This document shows, in pieces, positions 1 to 9,701 of a DNA stretch of 64,000 bases. The stretch is from a candidate division WOR-3 bacterium. Its GTDB lineage: Bacteria > Hydrothermota > Tepidihabitantia > Tepidihabitantales > Tepidihabitantaceae. The translations under genes and the position numbers were made by a program. Positions within the stretch are counted from its first letter, which is position 1. Each line of letters starts with the position of its first letter. The stretch spans positions 24,025 through 88,024 of the forward strand of contig CBFGKH010000009.1 in the NCBI GenBank assembly GCA_965649295.1, read 5' to 3'. The notes below the pieces were generated by a model. That model did not search any database, had not been told where the DNA came from, and saw nothing but the letters and a program-made list of their open reading frames with translations.

Positions 1-1
1 T

Positions 2-679
2 GCCTCGATCGAACCGGCAGTGGCGGCAGCCGGGGAACAGCTTCACGTTGTTTGGAGCGATAGCCGCTTTGGCGACGGAACAGAACTAGTGTACCGACAG
101 TCTCAGGATGGTGGACTGAACTGGTCATCGGAGACTAGACTGACCATCGCTCAGGGGTGGTCGTCTAGGCCTGCGCTGGCTGCCCGGGGCATGGATGTTC
201 ATCTTCTCTGGCAGGATTCCCGTACTGGCGATTTTGAGATTGCCTACCGACGTTCTACCAACGGCGGGCAGACCTGGACAAGGGACTTGTTACTAACGAA
301 CGACACCGCCCAGTCATATTTCGCCACCATGGTATTGTCCGATACCGAGTTGTTTCTGGTTTGGACTGATGAGCGAACTGGCGGGTCCGATGTCTTTTTC
401 AAGAACAACCTGAGCAGCAGTCCTCCTGCTTCGGCTGAGCCATCTCCTCGTGATGGGGCAGTATCCCCGGTTTCGCTGGCTGTCTATCCTAACCCTTTCC
501 GTGGCACGGCAAGAGCCGTTGCGGCTGGGACGGAGTTGTTGGAGATAAGGGATGTGACTGGCCGGCTCGTAGCACGGCAACCTGCCCATTGCATTGGCTA
601 TGGTTTGCGGGCCGGCACCTACTTTGTCAGTCGGAACGGTGGCAACGGAAAGCCGACCATTGTAGTCAAGCTCGACTAG
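2..679 (+). CDS. BNR/sialidase-repeat secreted protein with C-terminal T9SS sorting domain (5' end outside window)
   Basis: Open frame from window edge; repeated SxDGGxxW BNR motifs (SQDGGLNWSS, STNGGQTW); C-terminus LAVYPNPF...TYFV resembles Por/T9SS C-terminal domain. Confidence 0.6.
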   Translation, partial: ASIEPAVAAAGEQLHVVWSDSRFGDGTELVYRQSQDGGLNWSSETRLTIAQGWSSRPALAARGMDVHLLWQDSRTGDFEIAYRRSTNGGQTWTRDLLLTNDTAQSYFATMVLSDTELFLVWTDERTGGSDVFFKNNLSSSPPASAEPSPRDGAVSPVSLAVYPNPFRGTARAVAAGTELLEIRDVTGRLVARQPAHCIGYGLRAGTYFVSRNGGNGKPTIVVKLD

Positions 680-826
680 TCACCCTGGCAGGGAATAAGG
701 TTCACTTGCATCTGGGTAGTTCACGTTCGCAGGTAGTGCGCTGATAGGCTTGCATTCTTGAAACGCGCGTTCAAAGAACCTTGATCTGGGTCTCGTTACG
801 CAATCTCCCCCTCTTCGATTGACTTC

Positions 827-843
827 TGGCGCCGCTCTGGCAT
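827..843 (+). promoter_or_regulatory. putative sigma-54 (-24/-12) promoter upstream of glnA
   Basis: TGGCGC-N5-TGGCA with GG and GC spaced 10 nt apart (consensus TGGCAC-N5-TTGCA); located about 45 nt upstream of the glnA ATG at 889. Confidence 0.3.
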
Positions 844-888
844 CATTTGGGCGTGAAACGTACCAAATCAAACCTCAGCGAACGTGAA

Positions 889-2232
889 ATGAAGTTTGTT
901 GACCTCAAGTACTCGGATTTGAACGGGCGGTTGCGACACGTTACTTTTCCTATCGAGCGTCTCGAGCAAGCTGTAGCTGACGGCATTGGTTTTGATAGCT
1001 CATCGGTCGCGGGGTTTGGTAGCGTTGACGCGGGAGACATGGTGCTTCGACCCGACCTCGATACTGCCTTTGTAGATCCGTTCGCGACCGAACCAACAGT
1101 CTCTTTTTTCTCGTGCGTTTATGTCCCGCATACTAACCAGCGCTATGGTCGCGACCCGAGGTACATACTCGAGAAGGCGGTGCGTGTCCTTCTGCGAGAA
1201 ACTGGTGCCGATGGTCTGATGGTCCGTCCGGAGTTTGAATTCTACCTTTTCAACAAGGCTGAGTTTTGGACCGATCAGTCCTCGGCGGTTTACCGGATTC
1301 AGACCGATGAACTTCGGCATGACGATCCTACCGGTCTTGCATTGTTCAAGGGGCCTGCTTATCACGTTGCGCCTCCTTTCGACCGCAGTTCTGATTTTCG
1401 AACAGAGCTTTCGCTGCTTATGGCAGCCTGCGGAGTTCCAGTGAAGTATCACCACCACGAAGGTGGTCGTTATTCTCAAGTCGAGGTCGAACCGATCTAC
1501 TTGGCAGCAGCAAGAGCGGCGGATGGCGTCATGCTAACCAAGTATCTCGCTAGGAACCTTGCCTACCGCCACGATAAGAGCGTAACATTCATGCCCAAGC
1601 CGATTTTTGGTGAAGCGGGGTCCGGCATGCATTTGCACATGATGCTTGTCCGTCGCGGGAAATCGCTTTTTGGCGATCGTCGCGCCCAGAGCAAACTATC
1701 CGGGTTGGCGCTGCAGTTTATCGCTGGCATATTAGAGCACGCACCGAGTCTCTGTGCCTTTACTAACCCGAGTACAAACTCGTATCGGCGGTTGGTCCCT
1801 GGTTACGAGGCACCGGTGCTTGTCTTTTTCTCATTTGCTAATCGAACCGCGGCCATCAGGATTCCAACCTATATTCAGCGTCCTTCAGATATGGCAATGG
1901 AGTACCGAATTCCGGACGCCAGTGCTAATCCATACTTTGCCATCGCTGCCACAGTGATGGCGGGACTCGATGGGATAAGACGAAAGCTCGACCCGGGCGT
2001 GCCGCTCGTTGGCCGGCGCGAATCGAATGAAGACGCTTTTGGCACCAAGCACGTTCCCTTCTCACTGAAACGTGCGCTCGATGAGTTGTTGGCCGATCAG
2101 GACTATCTGAAGCACGCCGATGTCTTCTCGCAGGACTTGATTGACAAGTGGCTTGAGTTGAAGATGAGTGAGGTAGATGACGTAGCCCGTCGTCCTCATC
2201 CCTGGGAGTTCAACCTCTACTATGGATGTTGA
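889..2232 (+). CDS. glnA: glutamine synthetase type I
   Basis: MKFVDLKYSDLNG N-terminus, KPIFGEAGSGMHLHM motif, about 447 aa; ORF track start 847 is TTG, ATG at 889 matches canonical GlnA N-terminus. Confidence 0.85.
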   Translation: MKFVDLKYSDLNGRLRHVTFPIERLEQAVADGIGFDSSSVAGFGSVDAGDMVLRPDLDTAFVDPFATEPTVSFFSCVYVPHTNQRYGRDPRYILEKAVRVLLRETGADGLMVRPEFEFYLFNKAEFWTDQSSAVYRIQTDELRHDDPTGLALFKGPAYHVAPPFDRSSDFRTELSLLMAACGVPVKYHHHEGGRYSQVEVEPIYLAAARAADGVMLTKYLARNLAYRHDKSVTFMPKPIFGEAGSGMHLHMMLVRRGKSLFGDRRAQSKLSGLALQFIAGILEHAPSLCAFTNPSTNSYRRLVPGYEAPVLVFFSFANRTAAIRIPTYIQRPSDMAMEYRIPDASANPYFAIAATVMAGLDGIRRKLDPGVPLVGRRESNEDAFGTKHVPFSLKRALDELLADQDYLKHADVFSQDLIDKWLELKMSEVDDVARRPHPWEFNLYYGC

Positions 2233-3139
2233 TGGTGCTGTTGTGAGTTTCGCCGACTTGCTGCGGCGCGCACGAAGCCATGGGGTACGACGTTGCGTGG
2301 TCGCTTGTGCCGAGGATTGCGCAACCATCGAGGCCCTCTACGGTGCCCGCCGGGAACAAATCGCTGCCGGCGTGCTCTACGGAGATGAACAACGCATAAA
2401 GATGATTTGCAGCAGCCTTAAGGTGCCCGCCAGTGATTTCGAAATCGTTGGGACCGGTTCAAACGAGGAATCGATACGGTTCGCGGTGAGCGATGTTTCG
2501 AAGAATGGTGATTTTCTCATGAAGGGACAGATTGATACCGCGACCTTCTTACGCGGTGTACTTACCGAGGAGCTTGGGCTTCGCGGTGATAGAGTGCTGT
2601 CGCACGTCGCTTTGCTTGAGCTTGCAACCTACCATAAGCTACTCCTTGTTACAGATGGTGGTATCAACGCTGAGTTGGACCTTCGCCGCAAGATTGATAT
2701 CGTTCGTAATGCGGTTGTGCTGGCTCGTCTGCTGGGTATAGCCAGGCCCAAGGTGGCTTTGCTTTCGGCCGTGGAGAGAATCAGTCTGAGTATCGCCGAA
2801 ACCCTAGATTGGGCGATCATTACCCGCATGGGTGATCAAGGAGAGTTTGGCGACGCTGTCATCGAAGGGCCGCTTGCGTTGGATGTTGCTTTCTCGCGTG
2901 AATCGGCTCGGATCAAACGAGTCGCCAGCGACGTTTCTGGCGATGTCGATATTCTGGTGGTCCCTAGTCTGGCGACGGGTAACATTCTGGCTAAAGGTCT
3001 CCAGTATCTGGGTGGCGCAAAGGTTGCTGGCATAGTTGTTGGCGCGAAGAAGCCGATAGTGATGCTTTCTCGGGCTGACACATCTGAAACTAAGCTTTTT
3101 TCGATAGCCCTCGGGAATGTTGCGTCCCATGTTAGCTAG
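2222..3139 (+). CDS. ptb: phosphate butyryl/acetyltransferase family protein
   Basis: 305 aa; similarity pattern to Pta/Ptb C-terminal domain (SHVALLELATY, LVVPSLATGNILAKGL); ATG overlaps glnA stop. Confidence 0.65.
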   Translation: MDVDGAVVSFADLLRRARSHGVRRCVVACAEDCATIEALYGARREQIAAGVLYGDEQRIKMICSSLKVPASDFEIVGTGSNEESIRFAVSDVSKNGDFLMKGQIDTATFLRGVLTEELGLRGDRVLSHVALLELATYHKLLLVTDGGINAELDLRRKIDIVRNAVVLARLLGIARPKVALLSAVERISLSIAETLDWAIITRMGDQGEFGDAVIEGPLALDVAFSRESARIKRVASDVSGDVDILVVPSLATGNILAKGLQYLGGAKVAGIVVGAKKPIVMLSRADTSETKLFSIALGNVASHVS

Positions 3140-3164
3140 AAGCACAAGCAGAGGGAGTAATCAC

Positions 3165-3542
3165 ATGATTGTGGCAATCAAGACAACTGCGGCACCGGCT
3201 CCTATCGGACCTTACAATCAGGCGGTCCGGGTTGGCAATCTCCTTTTCACATCCGGTCAGATTGCGATTGACCCAGCCACTGGTGATTTAGTTAGCTCGG
3301 ATATCAGGCGTGAAACCGAGCAGGTCTTTGTCAATCTGGCTGCCATCCTTTCAGCCGGTGGCACATGCCTTGATCGTGTGATCAAGGTTACTGTGTTCCT
3401 TACGGACCTTAGTAACTTCGCCGCTGTCAATGAGGTGTATGGGCGTAACTTTCGTGAACCTTTTCCAGCGCGTTCGACGGTCCAGGTAGCAGCCTTGCCG
3501 AAAGGTGCGAGAGTTGAGATTGAGGTGGTGGCTGAGTGTTAG
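3165..3542 (+). CDS. ridA: RidA/YjgF family reactive intermediate deaminase
   Basis: 125 aa from ATG at 3165 preceded by GAGGGAG SD (3151-3157); IAIKTTAAPAPIGPYNQAV...FTSGQIAIDP typical RidA. Confidence 0.8.
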   Translation: MIVAIKTTAAPAPIGPYNQAVRVGNLLFTSGQIAIDPATGDLVSSDIRRETEQVFVNLAAILSAGGTCLDRVIKVTVFLTDLSNFAAVNEVYGRNFREPFPARSTVQVAALPKGARVEIEVVAEC

Positions 3543-3564
3543 CCACTTACTTTGACTGCAATCT

Positions 3565-4062
3565 GTGGTAGTGGCAAAGCCTATCATTGTCGGCGTTGGT
3601 AACCGCTTGCGCGGTGACGACGCTATTGGCTGTCTTGTTATTGACCAGCTGGCTGGTTTTGACGAGGCCTTGACGATTGACGCCGGTGTCTCACCCGAGG
3701 ACTACGTTGACATTATTGTTCGTTCCGGGCCGGAACGGGTGCTCTTCGTAGATGCGTGTGATTTCGGTGGTCGGCCAGCTGAGACAAGGTTCTTTTCTGA
3801 AGCCGACATGGGCCGGATGGCGTGTGGATTGCTGTCCACTCACACCATACCGCTGCATCTTACTGCTACCCTGGTTGCCAGTGAAACGAAGGCCACGGTC
3901 CAGCTATTGGGAGTTCAACCCATTAGCATTGGGTTCGGCCAACCTTTGTCCGATGAGTTGAGCGATGCCATTCCCGCGATTATCGGCCTTTGCCGGGTTT
4001 GGGCGCGTGGTGCACCGAAACGTACCCGAGGGTGTGAAGTTTGCTCGCGTCTCGTTTCTTGA
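3565..4062 (+). CDS. [NiFe]-hydrogenase maturation protease (HyaD/HybD/HycI family)
   Basis: GTG start; IIVGVGNRLRGDDAIG motif typical of hydrogenase maturation endopeptidases; 3' end overlaps convergent gene by 83 nt so C-terminus uncertain. Confidence 0.6.
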   Translation: MVVAKPIIVGVGNRLRGDDAIGCLVIDQLAGFDEALTIDAGVSPEDYVDIIVRSGPERVLFVDACDFGGRPAETRFFSEADMGRMACGLLSTHTIPLHLTATLVASETKATVQLLGVQPISIGFGQPLSDELSDAIPAIIGLCRVWARGAPKRTRGCEVCSRLVS

Positions 4063-5323
4063 TGGCGTTGCGCGTGTCCAGTATTAGTTTGCTTTCGCTA
4101 AGTACAAGTTCGTAATCGAACTGGCTGTGGTCGGTAAGAATCATTACACAGTCGGCACGACGCAGCCGTTCCTTAGTAAGAGCAACTGACTTATACTGTC
4201 GTCCGTTGATTGTGATCACAGGGACGAACGGATCATGATATTCTATCTGACGGACTTTGCCCAACAATAGTTCCATCACTTTGATTGCCGGGGAGTGTCG
4301 TGTATCCTCGACGTCGCGTTTGAAGGCTGCGCCAAGTAGCAACAGCCGCGCCTTCGAAGCAGGAATACCGCTAGTCCCGAGGATTTCGTAGAGTCGGCTG
4401 CAGACGTGGAATGGCATCGACTCGTTCGTCTGGGCGGCTAATTCGATGAAATTGGAATGGAAATCGTATTCGCGGGCCTTCCAGGCGAGGTAGTAGGGGT
4501 CGATCAGTATGCAATGCCCACCGATCCCCGGCCCAGGATAGAACGGCATAAAACCGAAGGGTTTGGTTGAAGCAGCCTTGATGACCTCCCAGACGTCGAT
4601 GCCACCCATACGTTCGCACATCGTTGCCAACTCATTCACGAGCGCGATATTGACGCTTCGGAAGATGTTCTCCAGCAATTTGGACATCTCGGCAACACGG
4701 GGAGATGAGACTGGCAGAACATCTTCAACGAACTGGCGATAGAAAAGCACTGAGTAATCCGTACATTTCTTGGTTACTCCGCCTACAACAACCGGCGTGG
4801 TGCGAGTGTTGAAACGACGGTTACCAGGGTCGATCCGTTCAGGAATGAAGGACAAGAAATAGTCTTTGCCTATTGAGTGTCCTGCTGCATCGAGGATCGG
4901 CTTTAGAACTCTCTCGGTCGTCTCGGGGTAGGTTGTGGAACGCAGTATCACGAGCGTTCCTTTACGCAGGTGGCGGGCGACCTTTTTGCCAGCGTCAATG
5001 ATATATGAGACGTCCGGTTCCTTGTTGGCGGTGAACGGCGTGGGAACGCATATGTTCACGATTTCACACTCTCTCAAAACCGCGAAATCTGTTGTTGCTG
5101 TCAGTTTCTTTTGAGATACGACTTCTCTAATGTCAGCATCGGGCACATCGCCGATGAAGCTGCGGCAAGCAAGAATTGATTTCACCTTATTGTCGTCAAC
5201 GTCAATACCCACCGTTCGGTAGCCGGAACGGGCAATTTCGATCGACAAAGGTAGCCCGACATAGCCTACGCCGATGACCGCTACTTTGGTGTCACGACGC
5301 AGAATGCGATTTGCTATGCTCAT
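3980..5323 (-). CDS. nucleotide-sugar dehydrogenase (UDP-glucose/GDP-mannose dehydrogenase family, WecC/WbpA-like)
   Basis: 447 aa; N-terminal VIGVGYVGLP Rossmann motif, catalytic GGHCI(L) motif, family-typical length. Confidence 0.8.
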   Translation of the reverse strand: MSIANRILRRDTKVAVIGVGYVGLPLSIEIARSGYRTVGIDVDDNKVKSILACRSFIGDVPDADIREVVSQKKLTATTDFAVLRECEIVNICVPTPFTANKEPDVSYIIDAGKKVARHLRKGTLVILRSTTYPETTERVLKPILDAAGHSIGKDYFLSFIPERIDPGNRRFNTRTTPVVVGGVTKKCTDYSVLFYRQFVEDVLPVSSPRVAEMSKLLENIFRSVNIALVNELATMCERMGGIDVWEVIKAASTKPFGFMPFYPGPGIGGHCILIDPYYLAWKAREYDFHSNFIELAAQTNESMPFHVCSRLYEILGTSGIPASKARLLLLGAAFKRDVEDTRHSPAIKVMELLLGKVRQIEYHDPFVPVITINGRQYKSVALTKERLRRADCVMILTDHSQFDYELVLSESKLILDTRNAIKKRDASKLHTLGYVSVHHAPKPGKGR

Positions 5324-5343
5324 CTGATTCTCCTTGTATTCGC

Positions 5344-6885
5344 TTAACTGCGGCGATCTAATGTACGATATTGGATAGCCTCCGTGACGTGACCGGGAGT
5401 GATTTCTGCCTTACCATCGAGATCAGCGATCGTCCGAGCGACTCTTAAGACACGATGGTAGGCTCTCACGGATAGACCGAGTCTATCAATGGCTGTTCTC
5501 AGTATTGAGTTCCCTGCCTCATTGAGTCGGCAGAATTGTTTGATTTGCTGTGGTCCCATTTGTGCGTTGCAGTAGATAGTGCTAGTCCCACCAGCAAGAC
5601 GGAAGCGTTCAAGCTGCCGACGTCTCGCTTCTTCAACTCTCTTTGCTACCTCGGCTGAACTGCACCCAGGTTGCTGTCCTGTCGATAGCTCCTTGTAGGA
5701 GAGCGCTGGTACGTCAATATGGATGTCGATGCGGTCCAAGAGTGGTCCGGAGATTCGGCTGCGGTAGTTGTGAATTTTGGGAGCTGAGCAGGTGCATGCG
5801 TGGCGTGTGTCACCAAGAAACCCGCAGGGACACGGATTCATTGCCGCCACCAGCATGAATCGGGCCGGAAAGGTGAAAGTCGCTTTAGCTCTGCCGATTG
5901 TGACGATTCCGTCTTCGAGTGGCTGACGTAGGGCCTCCAATACGCAACGTCGGAATTCCGGCAGCTCGTCCAAGAACAGCACTCCGTTGTGAGCAAGCGA
6001 AACTTCGCCAGGGCGAGGGACGGTACCGCCGCCAACCATTCCTGCCTCAGAAATGCTGTGATGTGGTGCTCGGAATGGTCTCGTAGCCACGAGCGGAGTT
6101 TCCATTGACAGTGTTCCAGCGACGCTGTGGATGCGGGTAGATTCAAGGGCTTCCTCAATAGTAAGAGGAGCGAGAATCGTGGGCAGCCGACGCGCGAGCA
6201 TGGTCTTTCCTGATCCCGGTGGTCCAATCATTAGAACATTGTGGCCACCAGCAGCGGCAATCTCAAGCGCGCGCTTTGCATGAGCGTTGCCGTGGACATC
6301 GGCGAAATCCGGCGCCTGTTTTGCAGCGGCTCGCAATAGCTCGCTGGCGTTGTCTCGTAGTGGCTCGATCCTTATTTCTCCGCGAATGTGTCTGACGGCT
6401 TCCGCCAGGGTGCCCACTGCAAACTTGGGAAAGCCGGAGACCATGCTGGCTTCTGCTGCGTTTGCAGTTGGTAGAATCACCCCGCGCAGAGCTGCCCTCT
6501 GAGCAGCCACGGCCATCGCCACCGCTCCTCGGATTGCCCGCACCGAACCGTCGAGCGATAGCTCGCCGAGGACAACTACTCTTTCCAGTGCAGCACTGGG
6601 AACCACACCAGTTGCAGCCAAAATGCCAATTGCTACCGGTAGGTCAAAGGCGGCACCCTCCTTTCCGATTTCCGCTGGAGCGAGGTTCACGGTGATGCGA
6701 CGGCTAGGCACATGAAAGCCGGAATTCTTGATCGCTGCGGTGACTCGGTACTGTGATTCCTTGACAGAGGCATCAGGGAGTCCGACAACTGTGAACGTTG
6801 GTAGGCCGACTGAGATGTCGACTTCCACGGTGACGATGATGCCGTCTACGCCAATGATAGCTGCAGAGGTGACTCGTGCCAGCAT
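5344..6885 (-). CDS. comM: Mg-chelatase-like AAA+ ATPase YifB/ComM
   Basis: 513 aa; N-terminal Lon-protease-like domain, Walker A GPPGSGKT, C-terminal ChlI-like domain; conserved neighbour of yraN. Confidence 0.85.
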   Translation of the reverse strand: MLARVTSAAIIGVDGIIVTVEVDISVGLPTFTVVGLPDASVKESQYRVTAAIKNSGFHVPSRRITVNLAPAEIGKEGAAFDLPVAIGILAATGVVPSAALERVVVLGELSLDGSVRAIRGAVAMAVAAQRAALRGVILPTANAAEASMVSGFPKFAVGTLAEAVRHIRGEIRIEPLRDNASELLRAAAKQAPDFADVHGNAHAKRALEIAAAGGHNVLMIGPPGSGKTMLARRLPTILAPLTIEEALESTRIHSVAGTLSMETPLVATRPFRAPHHSISEAGMVGGGTVPRPGEVSLAHNGVLFLDELPEFRRCVLEALRQPLEDGIVTIGRAKATFTFPARFMLVAAMNPCPCGFLGDTRHACTCSAPKIHNYRSRISGPLLDRIDIHIDVPALSYKELSTGQQPGCSSAEVAKRVEEARRRQLERFRLAGGTSTIYCNAQMGPQQIKQFCRLNEAGNSILRTAIDRLGLSVRAYHRVLRVARTIADLDGKAEITPGHVTEAIQYRTLDRRS

Positions 6886-7292
6886 CAGAAGGCGCCAACG
6901 ATGTGTTCGATACTTGGTTTCTCACCAAGGACGATCGATATGACGTCAAACCTCACTTCAACGTCACCGCAGTCGTGAGTGGCAATGTAAAGTTCTGCCA
7001 GCAGGCGGAGTTTCGAACGTTTTCGGTGTCCAACGGATTCGTGTGGCTGGGCTACTTCGGCGGAGGACCTTGTTTTGACTTCAACAAAGACAAGCGTTGA
7101 TTCATCTCGACATACTATGTCTATTTCGCCACAATTAGTTCGGTAGTTACGGTCGATAATGCGGAGTCCGGCTCGTTGCAAAAAGTCAGAGGCGAGCCGT
7201 TCGCCGAGCTCACCCAATGTGTTAGTTGTCACGCGGTAACCCGTGAGAATAGCTTCCGAACCGGGGTGAAGCTTCGCCGATGCAAGGGACAA
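6885..7292 (-). CDS. yraN: YraN family (UPF0102) endonuclease
   Basis: 135 aa; GExAAxxFLxxxGxxI(L) and EIDIVxRD motifs; start overlaps rnhB 3' end by 64 nt so true start may be downstream. Confidence 0.7.
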   Translation of the reverse strand: MSLASAKLHPGSEAILTGYRVTTNTLGELGERLASDFLQRAGLRIIDRNYRTNCGEIDIVCRDESTLVFVEVKTRSSAEVAQPHESVGHRKRSKLRLLAELYIATHDCGDVEVRFDVISIVLGEKPSIEHIVGAF

Positions 7293-7840
7293 GGCCCCAG
7301 CTCAGAAATTGCTCGCAGGTGTTTTGCTGTTCCGTAGCCGGCGTTGGATTCAAATCCATAACCCGGGAACCGATGGGCGAGCACCTGCATCAGGCGGTCA
7401 CGATAGACCTTGGCGATGATCGAGGCGCAAGCAATCGAGTAGCTTCTCGCATCACCACGTATGAGTGTTGCGCAGCCAATGCTAATGTCGGGTACCGAGT
7501 CTCCGTCGATGAGCACGTACTCCGGCGCCGGGCGCAATTGGGCTATCGCTAGGCGCATGGCATGGAGGGTGGCGTTACGGATGTTGCATCGCTCAATCAA
7601 ACGTGGCGATGCTTTGCCAATGCCGATCGCGAGCGCGTGCCGTCGAACGGCATTGGCGAGTATCTCACGTTGCTTTGCGGTCAGCTCTTTTGAGTCGTTG
7701 ACGCCGTCAATCCTGATGTGCCGTGGCAAGAGCACAGCTGCGGCCACAACCGGACCAGCGAGAGCGCCGCGTCCAACTTCGTCGACTCCGCAGATCAGCG
7801 CGTCTCTTGTTCGTATCTTGAGGTCAAGACTTTGCCTCAA
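7229..7840 (-). CDS. rnhB: ribonuclease HII
   Basis: [23 protein letters not shown]-terminus and overall RNase HII pattern. Confidence 0.85.
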   Translation of the reverse strand: MRQSLDLKIRTRDALICGVDEVGRGALAGPVVAAAVLLPRHIRIDGVNDSKELTAKQREILANAVRRHALAIGIGKASPRLIERCNIRNATLHAMRLAIAQLRPAPEYVLIDGDSVPDISIGCATLIRGDARSYSIACASIIAKVYRDRLMQVLAHRFPGYGFESNAGYGTAKHLRAISELGPCPLHRRSFTPVRKLFSRVTA

Positions 7841-8201
7841 TCTTGCGTTCTTTCAAGATTGCTTCGCGACCGCCAAGCTTGCGCAGGTAGTAGAGTTTAG
7901 CGCGACGAACCTTGCTGTGGCGTTTGATTTCGATCGAGGCAATAGCCGGAGTGTTGAAGGGGAATATGCGTTCGATCCCAAAACCGCGACTAACCTTGCG
8001 GACGGTAAATGTTCGGTTCTGGCCGCTACCCCGTATACTAATCACCGTCCCCTGAAAGGCTTGAAGTCGTTCCTTGTCGCCTTCCTTGATGCGTATCTGG
8101 ACGTTGACGACATCGCCGGGACTGAGATCAGGAATTACCTGAGTCTGTTGACCTGAGGGTAATGATTTTGATTCGCTAGTTTTTGCAGCTACTTTCGCCA
8201 T
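7824..8201 (-). CDS. rplS: 50S ribosomal protein L19
   Basis: [27 protein letters not shown]...TVRK..GIERIF matches L19 with short N-terminal extension. Confidence 0.85.
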   Translation of the reverse strand: MAKVAAKTSESKSLPSGQQTQVIPDLSPGDVVNVQIRIKEGDKERLQAFQGTVISIRGSGQNRTFTVRKVSRGFGIERIFPFNTPAIASIEIKRHSKVRRAKLYYLRKLGGREAILKERKIEAKS

Positions 8202-8955
8202 TTTTTGGCTCCTTTGATGAAATGCATCGAAAACTCATGATTCTTTCGCAGAGGCAGTTTCTTTCAGTCTCATTCAAGACTTCGTGTTGGAGAAGGTCGG
8301 GACGAAACCGTGCTGTGCTAATCAGCGACTCGCATCGTCGCCATGCTAGCACGGCGCCATGGTCACCATTGAGAAGAACCTTAGGTACGGCGTGTCCATC
8401 AAAGTTGGCAGGACGAGTGTAGTAAGGCGCATCGAGTATTCCAGTCGCAAAGGAGTCGGTGGTGACCGAATCCACATTGCCAACTGCGTCAGGTAGCAGC
8501 CGAGCGGTAGATTCGACCACGGCGACTGCAGCAGCTTCACCCCCAGCAAGGACAAAATCACCTAGGGAAAGTTCTTCGTCGCAGTACATGGTTACTCGTT
8601 CATCGATTCCTTTGTATCGGCCGCAGACGAGCACGAGATGCCTCAGGCCAGCGTAGCGTTCGGCGTCTTGTTGAGTGAACCGCCGCCCGCGTGGTGTTAG
8701 CAGGACTGTCCGCGAATCCGGCCGACGAACTGATTGGATGGCTGCGACGATTGGGCCGGGTTTTAGCACCATACCGGCGCCGCCACCGAACGGATAGTCG
8801 TCCACTGTTCGGTGGCGGTCGCCTGCAAAGTCTCGCGGATTGACGTATGTGATAGCTAACTGTCCAGTCGTTTGGGCGACACGAGTTGGGCCACAGGCAA
8901 ATGGGCCAGTGAAATACTCACGGAATACCGTGACCAACGTAACGGTCAATGCCAT
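8176..8955 (-). CDS. trmD: tRNA (guanine37-N1)-methyltransferase
   Basis: [19 protein letters not shown] and overall TrmD pattern; overlaps rplS start by 25 nt. Confidence 0.85.
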   Translation of the reverse strand: MALTVTLVTVFREYFTGPFACGPTRVAQTTGQLAITYVNPRDFAGDRHRTVDDYPFGGGAGMVLKPGPIVAAIQSVRRPDSRTVLLTPRGRRFTQQDAERYAGLRHLVLVCGRYKGIDERVTMYCDEELSLGDFVLAGGEAAAVAVVESTARLLPDAVGNVDSVTTDSFATGILDAPYYTRPANFDGHAVPKVLLNGDHGAVLAWRRCESLISTARFRPDLLQHEVLNETERNCLCERIMSFRCISSKEPKNGESSCKN

Positions 8956-9001
8956 CCTGACTGGAGCTATCGGTAACTTTGCTAATCAGCAGGTCGGCAG
9001 A

Positions 9002-9238
9002 CTAGCGGCCATCCAAAATCTCGAACTCCGCTCGTTTCCCGAGTTTCTTCGCGGCCGCATCGACAATGGCACGGATGGCTTTTGCCGTGCGGCCATCTTT
9101 GCCAATGACTTTACCCTGGTCGCCTTCGGCAACGGACACTTCGTACATCACGTGTCTTTCGCCAGCAAGCTCGTTGACCTTCACCTGATCAGGATGGTCG
9201 ACGAGAGCTCGAACTATGTACTCGATCATCTCTTTCAC
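9002..9238 (-). CDS. KH-domain RNA-binding protein (UPF0109/YlqC-like)
   Basis: 78 aa, VIGKDGRTAKAIR KH motif; canonical position between rpsP and trmD. Confidence 0.7.
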   Translation of the reverse strand: MKEMIEYIVRALVDHPDQVKVNELAGERHVMYEVSVAEGDQGKVIGKDGRTAKAIRAIVDAAAKKLGKRAEFEILDGR

Positions 9239-9270
9239 GGTTTGCTCCTTTCCTGCCTAACCGGTAGGCG

Positions 9271-9600
9271 TCAATTCGCTGTCTCAGGCGTGACTACGGG
9301 TTCCGCGGTCGACGTCTGCGCCATCGTTGTTGTTACCGTTGCCTCTTCACCCGTGATATTGCCCGGGTGCTGGCGCTCATAGCGCTTGATCAGTCGAGCA
9401 ACGGTTCCAGAAGGCTGGGCGCCGTGGCCAAGCCAGAAGTGAACGCGAGCAGTGTTGATGTTCAGCAGTTTCATTTTCGGATCGTAGCTGCCCACGGATT
9501 CGATGTACTCACCGTCCCGTGCTTTGCGTGAGTCGATCACGACGACACGGTAGGTTGGCCGGTTCCGCAAGCCCATTCTGCGTAGTCGAATTCGTAGCAA
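9271..9600 (-). CDS. rpsP: 30S ribosomal protein S16 (C-terminal extension)
   Basis: MLRIRLRRMGLRNRPTYRVVVIDSRKARDG matches S16 N-terminal region; about 30 aa C-terminal tail. Confidence 0.85.
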   Translation of the reverse strand: MLRIRLRRMGLRNRPTYRVVVIDSRKARDGEYIESVGSYDPKMKLLNINTARVHFWLGHGAQPSGTVARLIKRYERQHPGNITGEEATVTTTMAQTSTAEPVVTPETAN

Positions 9601-9667
9601 AGTGTGCTCCTTATATTAGAATGGTTGAAGATACTCAAACCGCTGCAACTGTCAACATATGCGCTCC

Positions 9668-9695
9668 TTGACCCAAGGTTCGGCGTCGCTAGCAT
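9668..9695 (+). promoter_or_regulatory. putative sigma-70 promoter (TTGACC-N16-TAGCAT) abutting the korA ATG (leaderless)
   Basis: -35 TTGACC 9668-9673, -10 TAGCAT 9690-9695, ATG at 9702; predicted TSS at or 1 nt from the A of ATG. Confidence 0.4.
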
Positions 9696-9701
9696 CTGTC
9701 G

